Positions 52,748 to 59,219 of a DNA stretch of 59,219 nt are shown one piece after another. The notes under the pieces were generated by a model. It was given only the letters and a program-made list of their open reading frames with translations. It was not told the DNA's origin and did no database searches. How positions within the stretch are numbered: position 1 is the first letter of the stretch; each line of letters opens with the position of its first letter. Both the position numbers and the translations under genes were made by a program. The stretch is from Octopus bimaculoides. Its lineage: Eukaryota. The DNA is taken from assembly GCF_001194135.2 (NCBI RefSeq), contig NC_068984.1, positions 120,516,647 to 120,575,865 of the forward strand, in the 5' to 3' direction.

Positions 52748-52787
52748 GGCCATGACGAAGGGAAATAGCCCTGAAACTCGAGTCGCC
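52748..52787 (+). ncRNA. Degenerate minimal hammerhead ribozyme motif
   Basis: GGC-C(A)TGACGA-AGGG/aaatag/CCCT-GAAAC-TCGA-GTC-GCC. Perfect palindromic stem III ACTCGAGT, but one extra base in the core. Confidence 0.55.
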
Positions 52788-53143
52788 TTTATATATATTT
52801 ATATTTATATTTATATATTTGATCCTTTATATTGAACACTCAATATTTCATCTACATTCAATACTTTATTTCATGGTGCCATCCATTTTTATTTTATATT
52901 ATATATTGTATATTATATTATATATTGTATATTCCATATTCTATACCCCACATTAGTTCTGCAGGAATATAAATAAAACATAAAAAACAGACAGTGTTGG
53001 AACTCTTTTAAGCAAAATAATATATTCCTCTATACACAATCATACAAAAAAACCCACCTTTTTTGTATTTATTTTTACTCGCNNNNNNNNNNNNNNNNNN
53101 NNNNNNNNNNNNNNNNNNNNNNNNNNNNNNNNNNNNNNNNNNN

Positions 53144-53224
<81 letters not shown>

Positions 53225-53275
53225 GGTTAAGAATATTAAGAATAAAAAAGCAGAAAAGCATGGATTTCACATGTA

Positions 53276-54136
53276 GGAGGTGCTTTCAAAAAGTTCCCAG
53301 GCTAGTTATGTTTAATAAAAAACAACTTATTTATCTAAGTTTTAATATCATCTCCTTAGAAATTATCATCTTGTGCTGCAACAGACTGGTCCCAGCTGGA
53401 AGTCATTTTCTGTAAGTGAGTCAAGAACCTTCCGTGATTCATTCCTGATCTCAACAATGGTGTTAAACTAGCAACCTTTGAGCTGCATTTTCATCTTGGG
53501 GAAGAGATGGAAGGTGCTAAATCTGGCGAGTAGGGATGGTACAGAAGCGACACCATGTTGTTTTTGGTGAGAAACTCACGAGTGAGGAGAGCTCGGTGAC
53601 AGGGTCCATTGTTGTCATGAAGAATCCAATTCTTCGTGCTCCACAGATCCAGTCGCTTTTGCTGAATGTTCTCCTTCAAATGCTTCAGAATGTTGCAGCA
53701 GAACTCTTGATTGACAGTCTGGCCCTGAGGGACGAATTCTCGATGCACAATACCATGAATGTTGACAAAAAAAAAGATGGGCATGCTCTTGATTAAGCTG
53801 AGGCTCTGTTGTGGACCCGTGCAACTCGAAACATTGCACATGTCACATTGCCTCATCGCCAGATGCTTGCCAAAGCACACTCAATGTCTCCATAGCAGAC
53901 TTCCCACGTTTAACACAAAATTTCATGTTGGCTCACTGTTTCAACTTCCTATCCATGACAAAAATCGCAGACTATACCATACATGTGGTCACAAAAACAC
54001 AAATTAAACACAAAATAAACAGTGATGCCACTCAGCACATGAAGATCATTGCTAGCTGTCACTGTGCATGCAACTGTGTGCCACCATCTGTTGGTGCCTT
54101 ACAGAACTAGTCCAGGAAGTTTTTGATGCCAACTTG
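53276..54136 (-). mobile_element. Second decayed mariner-like transposon of the same family
   Basis: Similar TIRs. Minus-strand ORF 53491-53880 includes HGIVHREFVPQGQTVNQEF, WILHDN and HPYSPDLAP. Confidence 0.92.
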
Positions 54137-54179
54137 TTATTCACAATTTTTCTCTCAATGATCATTGTAGCCAATTCTG

Positions 54180-54319
54180 TAAATATTATGCAATTTTTTT
54201 TCCATTTGGAGTCAATAAAATAAGTACCAGTCAAGAACTTGAGTCGATGTGATTGACTTACCCACTATCTCAAAATTTCAGGCCTTGTGCCTACAATACA
54301 AAGGATTATTATGATGATA

Positions 54320-54358
<39 letters not shown>

Positions 54359-54575
54359 GTTAGCATACTGGGCAAAATGTGTACTGGTATTTTGTCTCTT
54401 AACATTCTGAATTCAAATTCCACTGAGGTTGACTTTGTCTTTCATCCTTTCAAGGTCGATAAATTAAGTACCAGTTGCATACTGGGTCAATCTAATTGAC
54501 TGACTCCCTCCCCAAAAATTTCAGGCCTTGTGCCTAGAGTAGAAAAGCTTATTATTAATTATTATTATCATTATT
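54180..54575 (+). mobile_element. Two tandem SINE copies of the same family, just upstream of the last exon
   Basis: Same core motifs and (ATT)n tails. Other copies at ~17521-17720, ~19540-19700, ~34526-34760 and ~9900-10090 (minus). Confidence 0.8.
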
Positions 54576-54616
54576 ACTTTTGTCATACATTAATTGAATG
54601 TCTCCTTGTTTTGTAG

Positions 54617-54688
54617 GTTGAAAACCAGGTACTAAAATTCAAAGAAAATGCAGAACCTCGAACAAACACTGGTATTAACAAGTCGTAG
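54617..54688 (+). CDS. MAPT: Tau-like terminal coding exon, R'-like pseudo-repeat (VENQVLKFKENAEPRTNTGINKS*)
   Basis: Acceptor ccttgttttgtag|, phase 0, TAG at 54686-54688. Resembles human exon 13 start IETHKLTFRENAKAKTDHG. Confidence 0.88.
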   Translation, partial: VENQVLKFKENAEPRTNTGINKS

Positions 54689-55917
54689 CCGTAAATGCAA
54701 CTTTTATTCCAGTTTTTTTTTTTCTTAATTTTTTCCCCCCCAAAGTTGGCTCGGTCTGTCTTCTCTGTATTTCAGACTGTTAAAAATAGCTCATCCAACC
54801 CAACAAATATACATACATACACACATATATATATTTGTTGGGTTGGATGAGAGATCGGAAGAGNNNNNNNNNNNNNNNNNNNNNNNNNNNNNNNNNNNNN
54901 NNNNNNNNNNNNNNNNNNNNNNNNNNNNNNNNNNNNNNNNNNNNNNNNNNNNNNNNNNNNNNNNNNNNNNNNNNNNNNNNNNNNNNNNNNNNNNNNNNNN
55001 NNNNNNNNNNNNNNNNNNNNNNNNNNNNNNNNNNNNNNNNNNNNNNNNNNNNNNNNNNNNNNNNNNNNNNNNNNNNNNNNNNNNNNNNNNNNNNNNNNNN
55101 NNNNNNNNNNNNNNNNNNNNNNNATCACACCCAAGAATTGTTGATTTGATGTTATACTAGTAAAGAAAACGATAACAAGCAGTCGATATTAGTAAACTTT
55201 TCAGTTCTTCACTAGACCAAAAACCCCCCAAAAAAAAACATGAAAAAAAAAAAATGAAAAAAATGAAAGAAAAATGTAAAAAAAAATAGCACAATTCTTT
55301 TAAAGTTTAAAAACTACACAAAAAAATAGCATAAAAAGAAAAGAAGAAAAATATAAACAAAAGCAAATTGTTCTCCCTGGACACCTTATTATTGTTTACA
55401 AAAACTACAAAATACAAACAAACCTTATGGTGGTACTGTATAACACCCTTTGTGATATTGTACTCTATGGCAAACATCAATCTCACAACTGCAGCAGAGA
55501 AGGAGACGAAAAGAATTGCACTTCTGAAGATGGATCTTGAAGACTCTCTAGAAGCAGGTTGAGTATGTCTTATTGTAATAAATGGGAACAGTAAGATGGT
55601 TATTGCATTCACATTTTCTAAGAACTAAATTGTGAACACTCCACACAAAATAGTTCAAAAACAGTATGACTATGTTTGTTTAATTAATTATTTTATTTTA
55701 TTTTTTGTGTTATTTTTTCCTCCTCCTCCTCATTCTTCTTCTACTTCTTCAATATTGCTCTTTGATAGTTTTCTTCCCCCTTTGCTCCATACATTCTTGT
55801 TCTCTGTTCCTTCCTTCAATAGAATACTGAGTATTAATCTTGATCCATATGTACATATATGTGTGTTTTTGTGTGTGTGTGTATGTATGTGTGTGTATAT
55901 ATATATGTGTATGTATG

Positions 55918-55980
<63 letters not shown>

Positions 55981-56373
55981 NNNNNNNNNNNNNNNNNNNN
56001 NNNNNNNNNNNNNNNNNNNNNNNNNNNNNNNNNNNNNNNNNNNNNNNNNNNNNNNNNNNNNNNNNNNNNNNNNNNNNNNNNNNNNNNNNNNNNNNNNNNN
56101 NNNNNNNNNNNNNNNNNNNNNNNNNNNNNNNNNNNNNNNNNNNNNNNNNNNNNNNNNNNNNNNNNNNNNNNNNNNNNNNNNNNNNNNNNNNNNNNNNNNN
56201 NNNNNNNNNNNNNNNNNNNNNNNNNNNNNNNNNNNNNNNNNNNNNNNNNNNNNNNNNNNNNNNNNNNNNNNNNNNNNNNNNNNNNNNNNNNNNNNNNNNN
56301 NNNNNNNNNNNNNNNNNNNNNNNNNNNNNNNNNNNNNNNNNNNNNNNNNNNNNNNNNNNNNNNNNNNNNNNNN

Positions 56374-56418
<45 letters not shown>

Positions 56419-57204
56419 TATACATACAGAGCTCTGGGTGGTTGTTACTTTATTACATTCACATAAGATTTACCATAGTTGGAATAACCTTACACCATGA
56501 ATTGAAATATTTATGTATAGAGAGTTAATTAAATTAACAACTATCCTTATGCGGCACACGCACACATATACTAGCAAACATACACATAAAGAAAAATTCA
56601 TACACAAAACCAGCTCATATGACAATGCATATCAAGACATCAGTTACTACTATTAAATAGCTTGTTTATATGAATTAAACTGTGTGGCTGGATGTTATAA
56701 GTTTACATTTCTAAACTACATTTTATTTTGCTTGATGCTCTGTTAATTCTAATTTCCTTCAATATTTGTTAATATATATTTATTTTTGACATGTCAGTAT
56801 ATAATTCAAGCATATATTCTGGTAGTTAGTGGCAGTAGGTGTAGGAATCAATATCACCCACCTGTACGTGCTTGTTTGTTTACACACGTGCAGATAGATA
56901 GACAAGTGTATATATATGATATCTTAATTCACTGTCATCCTTTTGATTTTAATTAACCAAATCAGTTTTTTGCCCTTCTTTATTGTCATTGTTTTATTTA
57001 GAAACATTTCTGTATATTTTCTAACTTCTTCAATACTTAAGTCGTGTTACAAAACAGAGCACATACACATATACAATTATACATACATACACACAAGCAT
57101 GAATTTATGTGTGCATTTTCTCCACTATTGTGTAAACAATAGAGATAAATAAGAAAATTTAACTTTTTATGAAAAAGGAGTAAAAAAAAAAAATTTTTAA
57201 TAAA
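54689..57204 (+). other. Probable 3' UTR of the tau-like gene, with candidate AATAAA at 57199-57204
   Basis: Follows the TAG and is AT-rich. The poly(A) site is a guess because AATAAA-like motifs are frequent here. Confidence 0.35.
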
Positions 57205-59219
57205 AGTTAGTGTTAATATAACATTTAATCAGAATCAAATGGTATTTTTGCATTAGAGCATTTCAAATTGCTTTTAAGATTTCATTATTCACAATTTCCA
57301 GAAAATTCCATTTATTGTGCATGTATGCTATTTATTTGCTATAATTTAATTAACAGCTTATAATTGTACTTCATTTATATAAGCACCACACAATTGCCAT
57401 TTCTGTGAACCACAGCTAACATGGTAGATCTATTTAGCTCCTTATTTTTATATTGCTCTGTGTCGTTTCTCTCTCCCTTCTTCTCTCAAGATTACACTAA
57501 TTCTTCAGCTGATTATTTCCTATTATGGTTGGCACTATGGCTGAGAAATGGAGATGATGATTAACAGTCTGAGATATGTGTTGGTTGAAGTACAAAAATG
57601 AAAATCAAAACATGTTGTGATAATGCAGTCATAAGGGAGACATCAGCTATTCTTTCTGTTCATAGAATATATGTGTGTGTTTGTATATATATATGGATGC
57701 ATATGCATATATATATATATTACTTTATACATATGTATGTGTATATATATTTATGTGTGTGTATATGTATGTATTATGTATGTGTGTGTATATATGTATA
57801 TATATATATACACGCACATACATATAGTCAGAGGTTTGTATTTTTTTGTGTAAGGTTATTTAAAGTATTCATTAGATTTCTATGTACATACATGTGTGTT
57901 TGAGTTCATATATCAGAGATTTTGAGATAAATAGAGATATATGTATCTCAAAGACTTTGAGCTTCTGTATATGCACACTGAGAGTTCTTATGTAGACACA
58001 AGCATTTATTAAAATAGATATATACACAATAGTGTCCACATTGTATTACATAATGAAATTTAATCATTATTTAGATTGTAGCTACACACATGACAGAATT
58101 GTCTCCATCAAAGGAAAGAATGGATATTAAGACTAATGGAAAATTACAAGCATTACATAGCAATGTGCCAAATAATTAAATGAAATGCAAAAACCATTTG
58201 AATCGAAGAAAGAATCTTCCTTTTGTCTTTTGTTTTATTTCGTTTATTGAAACAGTTCCTTTGCTTTTTGCTCTTACTCTGATATTTCATTAATAGGAAA
58301 TATTTTCTTGTGTCTGTTTTATGCTGAAGTCATTATTATATTGATATATAAAGCTGTGTTCTGTTGCTTCTTCAAAAACACACAACCCCCCCCCCCCCCC
58401 AAAAAAAAAAACAATGACTGGTCGAGTTCACTTAATCAGTTTGCGGTATCAAGAGAATGTGATGTAGATGAAACTATTATCGCTTTAGCTAACCAATACA
58501 ATGATCAGTGTCCGCAAGTTATTTCTCTCTCTTCCTCTTTACACACAAACTGTCATATCAACTTCTCCTATTTATTAAATATGTATAATATATTGTTTCT
58601 AAATGTATTATCAATAATGACTTGTTACTCACTTAAAAGACATTCTACTACTCAGTTGCTTGCTGGTTTTTTGTATATTTGACAAAGCGGGACAAGATAT
58701 AGTGACAGCGATGGTTTCAGAGCTTACAATGGACTTTTATTTAATATTTATTATGATTATTATTATTATTATTATCATCATTATTATTATTATTATTACT
58801 ATTATTAATATTATTATGATCATATCACTGTCATTGTCATCATCATTACTATCACCTTCATCATCATAATCATCATCATCATCATTATAATAATTTAATT
58901 TATCTATTACTAACATGACTTCATGCTAGATCAGTAAGGAAGTGTTTGTGAGCTTTAATGAGAAATCCTTTTAACACTGATAAAGATAAAAATTTTAAAA
59001 ATTAAAAAAAAAAAAAAAAAAAAATTAAAAAGCAAATTAGTTGAATAGTTGCAGAAGAGATTGATTTGTTAGTGTAATCTCCATTTTAAAGATATTAACT
59101 GCAATTATGAAAAATATGTATTAGACATTCAAAAGCAAAAGAGAAAAAAGTTGTCTTGAAATAGCAACCCCAAAAACAGAAAGTTCACAATTGCTATATA
59201 TACATACATTTATATATAT

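Larger units (their letters stand above)
1..59219. repeat. Dispersed microsatellites: (TATC)n, (TA)n, (CA/TG)n, (ATT)n, (CAT)n; many abut the assembly gaps
   Basis: Directly visible, e.g. 13-75, 1890-2015, 2350-2412, 2655-2750, 23210-23323, 40615-40650, 55860-55980, 58740-58890. Confidence 0.98.

Overview
AT-rich, microsatellite- and SINE-laden eukaryotic genomic DNA with 11 assembly gaps. The repeat content suggests a coleoid cephalopod, probably Octopus (inference). The supplied long ORFs are almost all artefacts of N-runs or microsatellites. The real content is a spliced + strand MAP2/Tau-family gene (tau/MAPT-like) spanning most of the window. I rebuilt it from GT/AG-bounded, phase-compatible exons: ...SKSPRKSPPSSTQSP|ARQIVGAQHSSPSPSSRNVRSKIGSLDNARHTPGGGN|VKIINKKEKYDAVQSRVGSKDNITHRP|GGGNIKIENKRLSYLETAKPKVGSLDKVDHKPGGGDKK|ILDDKLEWTVQPKVGSKVNITHKPGGGDKK|VLDEKVEWNVQPKVGSKDNITHKPGGGDKK|VMDEKLEWIAQPKVGSKDNITHKPGGGEKK|IEDQKLEWKAGSKVGSKDNLKHVPGGGEIK|[ISSQNVLGKEVESNVGCISDEDHQAVGGIASSPPPPSSSLPQ]|VENQVLKFKENAEPRTNTGINKS*. 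It encodes 7 canonical microtubule-binding repeats plus one degenerate repeat exon (human tau has at most 4). Four repeats are on symmetric 90-nt exons, two of which come from a visible ~1.1 kb tandem duplication. There are also several candidate cassette exons and microexons. The introns hold Tc1 and mariner relics, RTE-type LINE relics, hAT MITEs with target-site duplications, tandem and inverted SINE clusters, a telomeric-repeat MITE, and Penelope-type minimal hammerhead ribozyme motifs. No rRNA, functional tRNA or CRISPR array was seen.
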